From Phaeosaccion multiseriatum (lineage: Eukaryota > Protista > Ochrophyta, other classes): a DNA stretch of 64,000 nucleotides. Where the stretch lies: positions 2,542,001 to 2,606,000 of the forward strand of contig OZ218951.1 of assembly GCA_965112735.1 (NCBI GenBank), in the 5' to 3' direction. This document shows, one piece after another, positions 1-24,316 of the stretch (positions are counted from its first letter, which is position 1; the number at the start of each line of letters is the position of its first letter). Both the position numbers and the translations under genes were made by a program. Below the pieces are notes generated by a model. It did no database searches. It worked only from the letters and a program-made list of their open reading frames with translations, and had not been told where the DNA came from.

Positions 1-41
1 CCCTTGCCCAAGCCCTTTCCTCCCTTTCCTCGTCCAGACAT
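1..41 (-). CDS. H4: Histone H4, 5' end (continues beyond window start)
   Basis: Reverse complement of 41..1 reads ATG TCT GGA CGA GGA AAG GGA GGA AAG GGC TTG GGC AAG GG = MSGRGKGGKGLGKG, the invariant H4 N-terminus. Too short for the ORF track. Confidence 0.93.
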   Translation of the reverse strand, partial: MSGRGKGGKGLGK

Positions 42-1243
<1,202 letters not shown>

Positions 1244-1364
1244 ATGCCTTCTTCCTTTGACGTCGGTGTGATGAGAGCATCGAGTAGGCTGCTGGGATGA
1301 GAGAGATCTCAACTCATTTTTGCCCACCTACTGCCACCGCACGCACGACAAAGCAACCAACACT

Positions 1365-1384
1365 GGTGTTTTTTAACACCACCC
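1365..1384 (+). promoter_or_regulatory. Histone mRNA 3' stem-loop (SLBP-type)
   Basis: GGTGTT-TTTT-AACACC followed by ACCC: 6-bp stem opening with GG/CC, 4-nt U loop, A/C-rich flanks, 121 nt after the H3 stop codon. Confidence 0.85.
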
Positions 1385-2771
1385 TTGCACTCGAGATTGT
1401 TGCCCATTGCAAAAGTCCTCCGTCCTGCCTCTCTCTCTCTCCAACACCACACCTCCACCTCTTGTGGCTCGTCTACCACCCACACACTCGCCCATGTCCA
1501 TGCCTCAGCTCACCCCCCCGTGCCCTCGGCTCCTTGTGTTGTAGTGCTTCGTCCCTTTCCATCTGACTGCATCCCCCAAGCACAATACGGTGTTTCTTCA
1601 CCCTCTCTCTCGCTCACACTTAACTCACGCATCACCCGGACTCCGACACTCACCCCACTCACTCACACTCGGGGAGGGAGATTCGGTCCGGCATCCTGCT
1701 TCGTAGCACCATTCGTGCCGGCTCTGCTGATAGCACTTTCACTTTTGCGTCCTACACTCAACATGGAGTAGCATGATGCACTAATTTATTACTAGTACAA
1801 ATTAAAAAACAAAACAATTCACAACACCCACACTCACTCACTCATTCACTCTACGCACCTCCCCTCGCTTCTCGTGCTATCGAGTGAGCATCGGCCCCTC
1901 TCGCGGTCTGTGCCAACTCGACACAACAACACAATGCTCTGACTTACTCATGCGGCTCTCATCGCAGCGACCCCGTTCGCTTCTTGCCTGTCACCGGGCC
2001 TATGAAGTCCTCCTTCACTTCTCTCACCGAGCTGATGCAGCCCTCCTTCTGTTCTCTCATCCTCCTCTTCCTTGCGCCATCACTACCACTCCTACTGCTA
2101 CTTTGCCTCCGTCTCCTCCTGTCCCTCCAGCTCCTGCCCCGCTCGGGACACAGACAGCAGGGACTCATCCCTGTAGCGGGCTGCATCTACCGCTTCTGCT
2201 CCTCCTCCTCCTTCTCCTCATTGCCTAGGCTCTAGCGGCATCTGCCTCCCGTCTCAGCGGTGTGCCAACATCATCATCATCATCATCATCATCATCATTG
2301 CCCTGACTCCGAACCGGCTCCTCTTCCTTCCTTCCTTCTCTCCTTCCTTCTCTTCTGCCTTCCTTCCGTCCTTCCTTCCCTCCCTCCCCCCTTCCTCCCT
2401 GCCCCCTTCCTTCCTTCCCCGCGAAGCGATCGACACTTCCTCCGCCTACCGCTCCTCCGGTGGCAGACAGGCCGCTTTCTTCCCACCTAAACGGCAGGCA
2501 AGCAGGGAGAGCAAAAGCGAAATGAGTAACAGTTCAGAGGGAGGGGGTTGCATTCAGCAGGCCTGACTCCGACTCCGCTGACCACCACCGCCCAGAGCGA
2601 GTGAGTGCAAGCCCACGCTCCTGCCTACGCGGTACCTACACAGACCCCGCCACTCCGCACACCAGCCTCTCTTGGCCTGGCACGCACCTGGACGGGGCCT
2701 CCTCTCCTCCTCCTGGCTTGCAGAGGGCGTCTGATTCCTTCGCAAGGCGGGAAAACGGGAGAGCTTGTGTG

Positions 2772-3985
2772 TCACAAGTACTCCACCCTGAGCCCCTCGG
2801 GCAAATCTGCGGGCAGCGGGCACTGCCTCCCAACCTTGAGACACTTGAGGCCAGCAGGCAGGTCCGTCAATGGACAGGTGTACTTCTGTTTCAGCGTCAG
2901 CCTCCGCAGAGACGCAGGGATCTGCAAGGGCCTCCTCCACACCACAAGGAAGAATCAACTGCTGATTGAACGCCGCATCCAAGTCGAAAGTAAGCTTCCT
3001 CAGCAAGGGAGGGAAAGCAATGGCTCTGTTAAAACCCAACCCAACGTCACCTCCTCCAGCGAGCTCGGCAGAATCACATCAAGCTGATTGAATAGCGAGT
3101 CCCTACAGAAATTGAGCTTCCTCAGCGAGGCAGGGAAAGCAATGGGTCTGTTAAATTTCCACCCGAATGTCAACTCCTCCAGCGAGCTGGGTAGGATCAC
3201 ATCAGGTTGATTGAAGTGTGAGATAGAGGGGAAAGTAAGCTTCCTCAGCGAGGGAGGGAAAGCGATGGGGCTGTTACATTTCCACCCGAATGTCAACTCC
3301 TCCAGCGAGCTCGGCAGGATCACATCAGGCCGATTGAACCGCGAGCCCCAATAAAAAAGTGAGCTTCTTGAGCGAGGGAGGAAAAGCAATAGGGCTGTTG
3401 AAATCCCTCCCGAATGTCACCTCCTCCAGCGAGCTCGGCAAAATCACATCCTGCTGAATAAACTGCGACTCCCAACTAAAAGTGAGCTTCTTGAGCGAGG
3501 CGGGAAAAGCGATGGCCCTGTTGAACCCCCTCCCGAATGTCAACTCCTCCAGCGAGCTCGGCAAAATCACATCCTGCTGAATAAACTGCGACTCCCAACT
3601 AAAAGTGAGCTTCTTGAGCGAGGCAGGAAAAGCGATGGCCCTGTTGAGCACCCTCCCGAATGTCACCTCCTCCAGCGAGCTCGGCAAAATCGCATCAGGC
3701 TGATTGAAAGCGTCATAGAAGAACACACGCTTCACGGACCGTGGCAACAGGGACAACACCATGGGAATGAGAGCCGCAGTGGCTCTGTCGCATGCCCGCC
3801 TGGCGCCGAAACGCACGGCGGTGACTCCAGTCTCGCCACGCTGTGAGCTCTCCTGCAACTGGCGCTGAGCCGCCCCCTTCGCCGTGTCCCCCCTTCCTTC
3901 CTTCCTGCCGTGAACTTCTTCTTGCTCAGCAGCAGCAGCAGTCGTAGTCCCTGACGAAGATGCAGGACTGTATCTCTCTTCGGCT

Positions 3986-4030
<45 letters not shown>

Positions 4031-4223
4031 CTGCTTTGTTGTTGTTGTTTTGTTTATTGCTGCTTCAGCATGCTGAGCATGCGCCGCTGGACATCATCAG
4101 GCATGTCAGCGCATATGAAGTGAGCTTGTCGACCTCCTTGCACACTCCCCACAGGGCCTTGTGCGTCGGGAAAAGGCTGGCCACATTAATCAACACCGTG
4201 GGTGCTCCACAGGCATCGCTCAT
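2772..4223 (-). pseudogene. FNIP-repeat protein, frameshifted (possible degenerate F-box-like N-terminus)
   Basis: Tandem 22-aa FNIP units (FNQPDVILPSSLEELTFGWKFNRPIAFPASLRKLTF) are split across ORFs 3325..3858, 3000..3389 and 2554..3039. Lesions: extra base in an A run at ~3355, missing base at ~3032, and a deletion/frameshift at ~2930, after which PLQIPASLRRLTL...LPEGLRVEYL* ends at 2772. The 5' boundary is uncertain. Confidence 0.8.
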
Positions 4224-4385
4224 GTTTCTACGCTTTTACACTTTCATAGAGTTTGAGCCGAGGATGGCCGGAGGGGAACTACATTGTAGCGGATCACCAA
4301 CTGCTACATGTCAACGGTTTGTGGCAAACACTGATATCAAACACTCCTCATCAACAAACACTCCTCATCCCACCATACTCTTTCT

Positions 4386-7300
4386 ATGCTTCACGTCGAG
4401 CTGCAGGTGCGGCAGCTGGAGACGCTGCTCCGGCAGGCTGGCAAGCAGGTTAGGTACATCAAGGAGGCTGCGACGACTGATGGAAAGGGTGCCGAGGGAG
4501 AAGAGGAGGCGGATGGGCAGCAAGGGAAAGATCCGCCAGTATTAGCAGCATCTGCCGGAAGGGATACCGAGGAAAAAGGACGGGCAGGGAAAGGAGGATC
4601 TAGAGAGGGGCAGAAAGCTCCGCCAGTAATAGGAGCATCTGTCCCAGAGGATGCCCAGAAGGATGTCGAGGAGGAGCAAAGCTCTCGAGACGAGCTGCAG
4701 GGGAAAGATCCACCAGTATCAGTAGCAGCTGGCTATTGCCGGCTGTGCGACGAGTCTTGCTGGTTCGAGTGCGAGTGTCCCTGCCATGGTCCGTCGCTGG
4801 TGCTGGAGATGGAGGAGGACAGAGTTCCTCCTGCTGCCCCTGATGCTGCTGCCGCTCCTGCTCGTGCTTGTGCTGTGGAGACGGCCCAGCAGCAGCAAGA
4901 GTTGGATGGAGCATTCCAAGAAGAAGTCAGCCCTCAAGCGGCCCCGCCCACTCTCGACTTGTGGGAGCAGCTGGTCGTCCGGAGCAACCAGAGGGTGCTA
5001 GAAGACCATCAAGATCGGCACGTCGAGAGGGACAGACGGCTGAGGGGGGCCGCGAGGAAGGAGGCGCTGCATGCGTTACAGATCAGCAGGGCTTTGGTGA
5101 GGAGACAGCGGGGGCGGCGAAGGAGGCGGACAGTAGCAGCAGCAGCTACAGCAGCAGCAGCATATGCCCGCCATCGGCGAGGAGACAAGGAGCACAGGCC
5201 CTGTCGCGCGTGCCGCGCAAGCTGCTGGTACGACTGCGATTGTGTGTGTCACCGAGGCCGTCTCATCACAGCTGGCGGGGCAAATGTGGGGGCTGCAGCA
5301 GCAAGCGATCCATCCGAGCAGAACGAGCAGCAGCGAGGGGTGCATGTAGCAGGGCCCATGCTGGTGGAGGAAGGAGACGAGCACCAAGGGCGGGGCGGGG
5401 AGAGCGGTGAAGACAGCAAGAGCAGCCACAGCAGCTTAGAGAGTGATGCGTTCAGTACAGCGTCCAGCCTCACAGCCGCCCAAGAGGAAGGCCAGGAGGA
5501 GAGAGAGGCAGGCGGGCTGAGCGGGGGGGGTGTTTCTACCTCCACTCTGGAGGACGTGAGCGGAGCGTACAAGCGCAGCTCCGAGTATCGCGGCCCCAGG
5601 GGGGTTGTGCGCTTTGGAAGAGGCTTCACGGGAGGAGGTGCAGATACATGTGCAGGAAGAAGAGGGGAGGGGGCGCTTATTGAGTGTGAGGAGGCAGCAG
5701 CACCAGCAGCAGTTGGTGATACAGCAGCAGCACGAGAAGTCTCATTCTCGGCAGCAGCGAGGCCAGAAACGGCAGACCGAGTCACCAGACCGAGAGTGAA
5801 GGGGGGGTACCTGACACCTAGCACTTGTAGCGGCGGTCGCCCAGCAGTAGCCCGCATCATTCCCCTCAGCAGCATCAGCAGCAGCAGCACCTTGACTGGA
5901 CAACACGACAACACCACCAGTCGCGGGGGCGGAGGAGGGGGAGGGGGAGGAGGAGGCAGCATGAGCGGGCTCACATCTGCGTTTGCGTCCAAGACTCCGC
6001 GCAAGAGACCCAAGGGGGCAGCAGCAGCAGCAGCAGCAGCAGCTCCCTCCACCGTGGACCGATCGCAGGCGGAGCAGCCGCCGCAGGAAGGGCGGCGGCA
6101 GCACAAGTCCAGAGCCTCCTCTTCATCCTCCTCATCCAACGCCAAGCACACCGTCGCCGCCATCGTCATCCCGCCTCCACCGGGTCCGGGAGACTACAGC
6201 CCAAATTTCGAAATGGGTAAGAAGGGTACAGTGCGCCAGGTAAAGCTGAGTCACCCGAGGCATCGCATGGGGCCGCGTGCGAGTGCGGCGCTGTACTTGA
6301 GACGCAAGAGGGGCGGAGACGAGGCCGAGATGGAGGGAGTAGGGGGTGTGCGGCGGGGGTGGGAGACGGGAGGCAAAGTTGGAGGAGGAGGAGGAGGAGG
6401 AGGAGGAGGAGGAGGAGGAGGAGGAGGAGGAGGAGGAGGAGGAGGAGGAGGAGGAGGAGGAGGAGGAAGAGGAGGAGGAGGAGGAGCGGCAGCTTCAGCG
6501 GCTTGCACGGCCGCCGCCTCGGAGCAACGGCTGACGGGGAGGTCTACCAGCGCCTCGAAACTGGGGTGCTTGATTCTGCCGGAGCCGTCGTCGAGAGGAG
6601 GAGGAGACGTGCTGTCCTCTCTTACGAGGGTGCAGAAGGAGCATGTGGACAGCATCTACAGGGAGAAGCAGAGAGCCACACGCCTACGAAAGGCTCATCA
6701 GGAGCGGGAGGAGCGGCAGCAGCAGCTGCAGCAGCAGGAGGAGGAGGAGGAAGAAGAAGAATGGACAAGTAAATGCAGAGGAGAGCAGAAGGCGAAGGAG
6801 AGGGACGAGAGGTGGTGCAAGGAGAGAGGGGACTGGGGCAAGGAGGAGGAGAAATGGGGAGAGGGCAAGGATGGAGACGAGGACTTTCGAGTCGAGGAGG
6901 AGCGGTGGGGGAAAGAGAGAAGCGCAAAGGAGAGCTTCGACAAGGAGAGGGGCGAGCACAAGAGAGGGCGACGGCGGGGCGGTCCTGACACACCGTCAGC
7001 CGTACCACCAACTGCTCCTGCTGTTACTGTTGGTGGTGAGGATGGCGTGGAGGCGGGCTGGCAGATGGTAAAGCCGAGGGTGCGCGGTGCGAGCTTTGCT
7101 CCCGTACACTCCGTTGGGGACTGGCGCCACCGCCTCGCCCTCCGTCAGCATCACGCCAGAAAGGCGGCGATGGCAGGTGATGGCAACCACAGCAGCAGTA
7201 GAGACGGTGAGGGAGGAGGGGGCAGCGCTAGAGACGCGGCAGCAGTGGTGGCAGCGGAAGGTGTGGCGGGGGGGATCGGGGCGGGGACATCCATGTTTGG

Positions 7301-9878
7301 GGCCCAGGCACAGGCAATGGCTCGGGAGAGGGAGCGCGTGGCGGCCAAAGAAGGGGTGCGTAGGCGGAGGGCCGAGGAAGAGGCGGCGGCAGACGCCAGA
7401 GCGAGCTTCTTGACTTCCCAGATGCACGAGCAGTGGACCGAGGAGCAGGGAGGGGGGGGTGGGGGAGGAAGGGAAGGAGGTAGAGGTAGCGGGGGAGGAG
7501 GAGGTGAGGTGGTGGTGCGTCGCACGAGGGGTGTGTTCAAGTATGTGGCGGAGGAGCCGTTAGGGGAACGCGCCGCGACCAAGAGGGCCGAGGAGGCGGA
7601 GGTGGAGGAGGGTAGACCCTATCTCTCCAGTCAGATGCAGCCAGACTGGCGGCGAGATGGCGCCGCTGCAGCAGTTGGTGATACCTTTGCAGAGGGAGGA
7701 GGGCCGGGGAGGAGCAGTGCTGGCAAGATGGTGCTTGATTTGGCGCGGGCCAAGGGGCGAGAAGCCGTGCGGGTGCCAAAGAAGGGGCAGCGTATCACGC
7801 AGCACTTTGTGGAGCCGTATCGAGCCACAGACGAAATGGGGCCCGGCAGGTACGATCTGCACGACGGGGACATTGGGAACGCTGGGGCGATGGCAGCAGA
7901 CGGAGAGGGAGGAGGAGGGGGTGGGGGGGGGCAGTTTGGTATGGCGGTGGGCAGGGAGGACGTGGTGGGACCCCGGGGGGAGCGTCCGGCGGCGGCGGTG
8001 CAGGCGGAGAACGATCTGCTTCCCATGGAGCAGGGGCTGGTGCTGGATCTGCCGCAGGGGAAGAGGAGGGCGGGCGATAAGAGGGTAAAGGGGGGCTTTA
8101 TACCGAGGGCGACGGAGACCGAGGAGGAGAGGCAGGAGGAGAAGCGGAGGGAGGAGGGTGATCTGCTCACGGAGATTGATCCCGAGGGGGCCAGGGCCTT
8201 CCTTCGCAGGGGCGGCCAGGGGAAGGGGTCGGGGCAGGGGGCAGGCGTGCTGGAATGGGCAAAGATGGTCGGACGAGGAGACGAGGAGGGAGGAGGAGGA
8301 GGAGGAGGGGGAGGAGGAGAGTATGAGGGTGGAGGATACAGAGAGGAACGCGGGGGAGATGAGCTGCAGTTGAGTCCGAATGAGGACTTTGGACGGCAGA
8401 GGGCAGTACGCAATGTAGTGATGGGCGACAAGGAGCGATGGCCCACTGCCGAGGAGGAGGAGGCGATGCGGAAGGAGATAGGAGGGGTGGAAATCGACCT
8501 CGATATCAAGCACGACTTTGTGCGTCGACGCGCCGTGACGAACGCAGTAAATATGAGCAGGCAGCGCGGCCGTCGTGAGGTGGGGGAGGAGAAGGAGGGG
8601 GATGAGGCGGCCTTGTTGGGGGAGGGGTACACCCAAGCAGATGTACGGGAGATGCGGGCCCTCGCTCTTGCCAAGGACCTTGCGGAGAGCGAATCGAGGG
8701 AGAGAGCGGAGCGACTGACAAGGAGGGGGGGCGGACGGGAGGGTGCGACGCTGGTGAACATGGACAAGCAGCAGGAGCGGGGCATTGCGGGCCGTCGCTT
8801 GGGGAGGGGGGCGGAGGAGGAGGGGTGGGGGGGGGAGGAGGAGGAGGAGGAAGGGTATCGGCAGGCGGATTATGCGGTGCGCATCGAGGATCAGAGGTAC
8901 TTGAGCACGAGGAGAAGGACGGCGGGAGGGGTGGGCTGGGAGAGACAGGTCCAGCGGGAGGCCTGGGCCAGCGGGACAGGGGGGCGAGGAGGAGGAGGAG
9001 GAGAAGGACAAGAAGGAGGAGGAGGAGGGGTGGAAGAGCTGATACTCGAGCCAGACTATTACTACGGTAAGAAGGGTCTCAAGCAAACGGTGGCGTGGGA
9101 CAAGGTGAGCGGTCGAGGGGAGGAGGAGGGGGGACAGGAGGAGGATCACGAGCAAGGAGGCGAGTACGTCACTACCCGAGAGCAGCAGGCAGTGCTCAGC
9201 ACCAAGAGGCGGAGTGTGGGGGTGGTGAAGCTCAGCTGTCAGCCGGAGAGGTTCGAGAGCGGACACGCGGCCATGGGCAGGGGCAGGGGGAAGAGGAGGG
9301 GAGCTGGAGGGGTTGCTGGCATGATCGAGATTGAGGAGGGGGAGGAGGAGGAGGCGGTGGAGGGCGATCGACTCATTCTGGAGCCGTACGGAGAGATTGT
9401 AGTGGCAGATAGGGGGAAGGGGAAGGGCGGGGTGAGGGCCAAGCATGAGAGAGCCAGGGGAGTAGGAGTAGTAGACAGAGGAAAGGAGCTGCAGCGGCAG
9501 GAAAGGGAGGAGAGGCGGTTACTGCAGCTGGCAAAAGGACGAAGGAAGGAGGTGGAAGTGAAGGAGGAGGAGGAGGAGGAGGAGGAGGAGGAGGAAACTG
9601 GTGCTCAGCGGCGTGCCGGGGTACTTTCTCCACCGATGCCTGGTACCGCTGCTCAGAGGAGGGAGAGGGTGAGGGGGAGCAGCGGTAGCGTCGACATCGT
9701 GCAGCGCGAGGATAGCGCAGAGAGGGAGAAAGGAGGGAGAGGGAGAGGGAGGAGGAAGGAGCAGGAGAAAGGGAATAAGAACAAGGAGAAGGGCAAGGAC
9801 AAGGAGAAGGAGGGAGAGGGGGGCGAGGGGAGGAGGAGGAGGCGAGTCCCTCCAAAAGGCGAGGGAAAGCGGCACTGA
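4386..9878 (+). CDS. Large low-complexity protein with PGPGxY (SHIPPO/STPG/ODF3-like) repeats and two Cys-rich motifs
   Basis: Uninterrupted 1830-codon ORF with motifs PGPGDYSPNF and MGPGRYDL, several degenerate 'L.P.Y/D...R....V...Q..R' repeats, and two CxxCxxxCWxxCxCxCH motifs. Start codon uncertain (possible acceptor at 4406). Confidence 0.7.
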   Translation: MLHVELQVRQLETLLRQAGKQVRYIKEAATTDGKGAEGEEEADGQQGKDPPVLAASAGRDTEEKGRAGKGGSREGQKAPPVIGASVPEDAQKDVEEEQSSRDELQGKDPPVSVAAGYCRLCDESCWFECECPCHGPSLVLEMEEDRVPPAAPDAAAAPARACAVETAQQQQELDGAFQEEVSPQAAPPTLDLWEQLVVRSNQRVLEDHQDRHVERDRRLRGAARKEALHALQISRALVRRQRGRRRRRTVAAAATAAAAYARHRRGDKEHRPCRACRASCWYDCDCVCHRGRLITAGGANVGAAAASDPSEQNEQQRGVHVAGPMLVEEGDEHQGRGGESGEDSKSSHSSLESDAFSTASSLTAAQEEGQEEREAGGLSGGGVSTSTLEDVSGAYKRSSEYRGPRGVVRFGRGFTGGGADTCAGRRGEGALIECEEAAAPAAVGDTAAAREVSFSAAARPETADRVTRPRVKGGYLTPSTCSGGRPAVARIIPLSSISSSSTLTGQHDNTTSRGGGGGGGGGGGSMSGLTSAFASKTPRKRPKGAAAAAAAAAPSTVDRSQAEQPPQEGRRQHKSRASSSSSSSNAKHTVAAIVIPPPPGPGDYSPNFEMGKKGTVRQVKLSHPRHRMGPRASAALYLRRKRGGDEAEMEGVGGVRRGWETGGKVGGGGGGGGGGGGGGGGGGGGGGGGGGGGGRGGGGGAAASAACTAAASEQRLTGRSTSASKLGCLILPEPSSRGGGDVLSSLTRVQKEHVDSIYREKQRATRLRKAHQEREERQQQLQQQEEEEEEEEWTSKCRGEQKAKERDERWCKERGDWGKEEEKWGEGKDGDEDFRVEEERWGKERSAKESFDKERGEHKRGRRRGGPDTPSAVPPTAPAVTVGGEDGVEAGWQMVKPRVRGASFAPVHSVGDWRHRLALRQHHARKAAMAGDGNHSSSRDGEGGGGSARDAAAVVAAEGVAGGIGAGTSMFGAQAQAMARERERVAAKEGVRRRRAEEEAAADARASFLTSQMHEQWTEEQGGGGGGGREGGRGSGGGGGEVVVRRTRGVFKYVAEEPLGERAATKRAEEAEVEEGRPYLSSQMQPDWRRDGAAAAVGDTFAEGGGPGRSSAGKMVLDLARAKGREAVRVPKKGQRITQHFVEPYRATDEMGPGRYDLHDGDIGNAGAMAADGEGGGGGGGGQFGMAVGREDVVGPRGERPAAAVQAENDLLPMEQGLVLDLPQGKRRAGDKRVKGGFIPRATETEEERQEEKRREEGDLLTEIDPEGARAFLRRGGQGKGSGQGAGVLEWAKMVGRGDEEGGGGGGGGGGEYEGGGYREERGGDELQLSPNEDFGRQRAVRNVVMGDKERWPTAEEEEAMRKEIGGVEIDLDIKHDFVRRRAVTNAVNMSRQRGRREVGEEKEGDEAALLGEGYTQADVREMRALALAKDLAESESRERAERLTRRGGGREGATLVNMDKQQERGIAGRRLGRGAEEEGWGGEEEEEEGYRQADYAVRIEDQRYLSTRRRTAGGVGWERQVQREAWASGTGGRGGGGGEGQEGGGGGVEELILEPDYYYGKKGLKQTVAWDKVSGRGEEEGGQEEDHEQGGEYVTTREQQAVLSTKRRSVGVVKLSCQPERFESGHAAMGRGRGKRRGAGGVAGMIEIEEGEEEEAVEGDRLILEPYGEIVVADRGKGKGGVRAKHERARGVGVVDRGKELQRQEREERRLLQLAKGRRKEVEVKEEEEEEEEEEETGAQRRAGVLSPPMPGTAAQRRERVRGSSGSVDIVQREDSAEREKGGRGRGRRKEQEKGNKNKEKGKDKEKEGEGGEGRRRRRVPPKGEGKRH

Positions 9879-10204
9879 CCCCATCAGTAGCCGCAGTGGA
9901 GCAGTTGGTGATACAACAACGCGCTCGCCTCCTCCCTTCTCGTGGTGAGAGCGGAGAGAGCGTTACGAAAAGGAGGATGCGTAGTGAGGGCTGGAGCAAC
10001 GAGTAAATAAAGCCAAGCGTTGCGCAAGCACCATTGCCCCTTCCTTCAGCACCAGCGGCAGCACGAGCAAACAACATACCTGTGACATTGATCCATGTAC
10101 CTACATATATATAAATCGTTACATCATCGGGTGCAGAAAGAATGGGGAGCCGAAAGCGGTGTGATTGGTGCCCTTGCTCTCTCCTCTCTTTCCCCGCTTC
10201 CTTC

Positions 10205-10350
10205 CCTCCTTCCTTCCTTCCTTCCTTCCTTCCTTCCTTCCTTCCTTCCTTCCTTCCTTCCTTCCTTCCCTCCTTCCTTCCTTCCTTCCTTCCTTCCTTC
10301 CTTCCTTCCTTCCTTCCTTCCTTCCTTCCTTCCTTCCTTCCTTCCTCCTT
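10205..10350. repeat. (CTTC)n microsatellite between convergent 3' ends
   Basis: Direct reading of the tandem CTTC/GAAG array. Confidence 0.95.
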
Positions 10351-10440
10351 CCTTCCACCCCCCTCCCTCACACCAGTGGTGGCCTCCCCGCCTCACCGGC
10401 CGGGTGGCGTTAACCCCCCCCCCGCCCCCACCTGAAGCCA

Positions 10441-24040
<13,600 letters not shown>

Positions 24041-24316
24041 GGCTACTGTGCAGCTGCGAAAAACCGTTACGTCCAACAGGACAAACTGGCGTACGTGTGT
24101 ATCCATGACATGTCGGAAACCAGAAACTTCCATTCCGCGTACTGTCAGCACCTTTGAGGGACCCGAGAGAGGCCATCCGTGCCTGTCTCCTGGTACTGGG
24201 AGCTGCGGAGTATACCTGCGGGCCAGAGGAGGGAGCGTGAGGGGTTAGGGCATAGAGCAGTATATATATAGGGGAAAGGGGAGAAAACTCGCCTCGGATC
24301 TTTCCTCTCACGGCAA

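Noticed and set aside
1884-2490. Short ORFs that look partly coding (e.g. VREVKEDFIGPVTGKKRT)
   Set aside because: No recognisable domain, stops in all frames and microsatellite content. At best an unassignable relic.
5706-5721. Resemblance of the dispersed motif (GCAGCAGTTGGTGATA) to the CTCF consensus
   Set aside because: CTCF is restricted to bilaterian animals and key positions differ; treated as coincidental.
7560-9446. 628-aa minus-strand ORF
   Set aside because: Antisense shadow of the 1830-aa ORF with Leu/Pro-rich composition.
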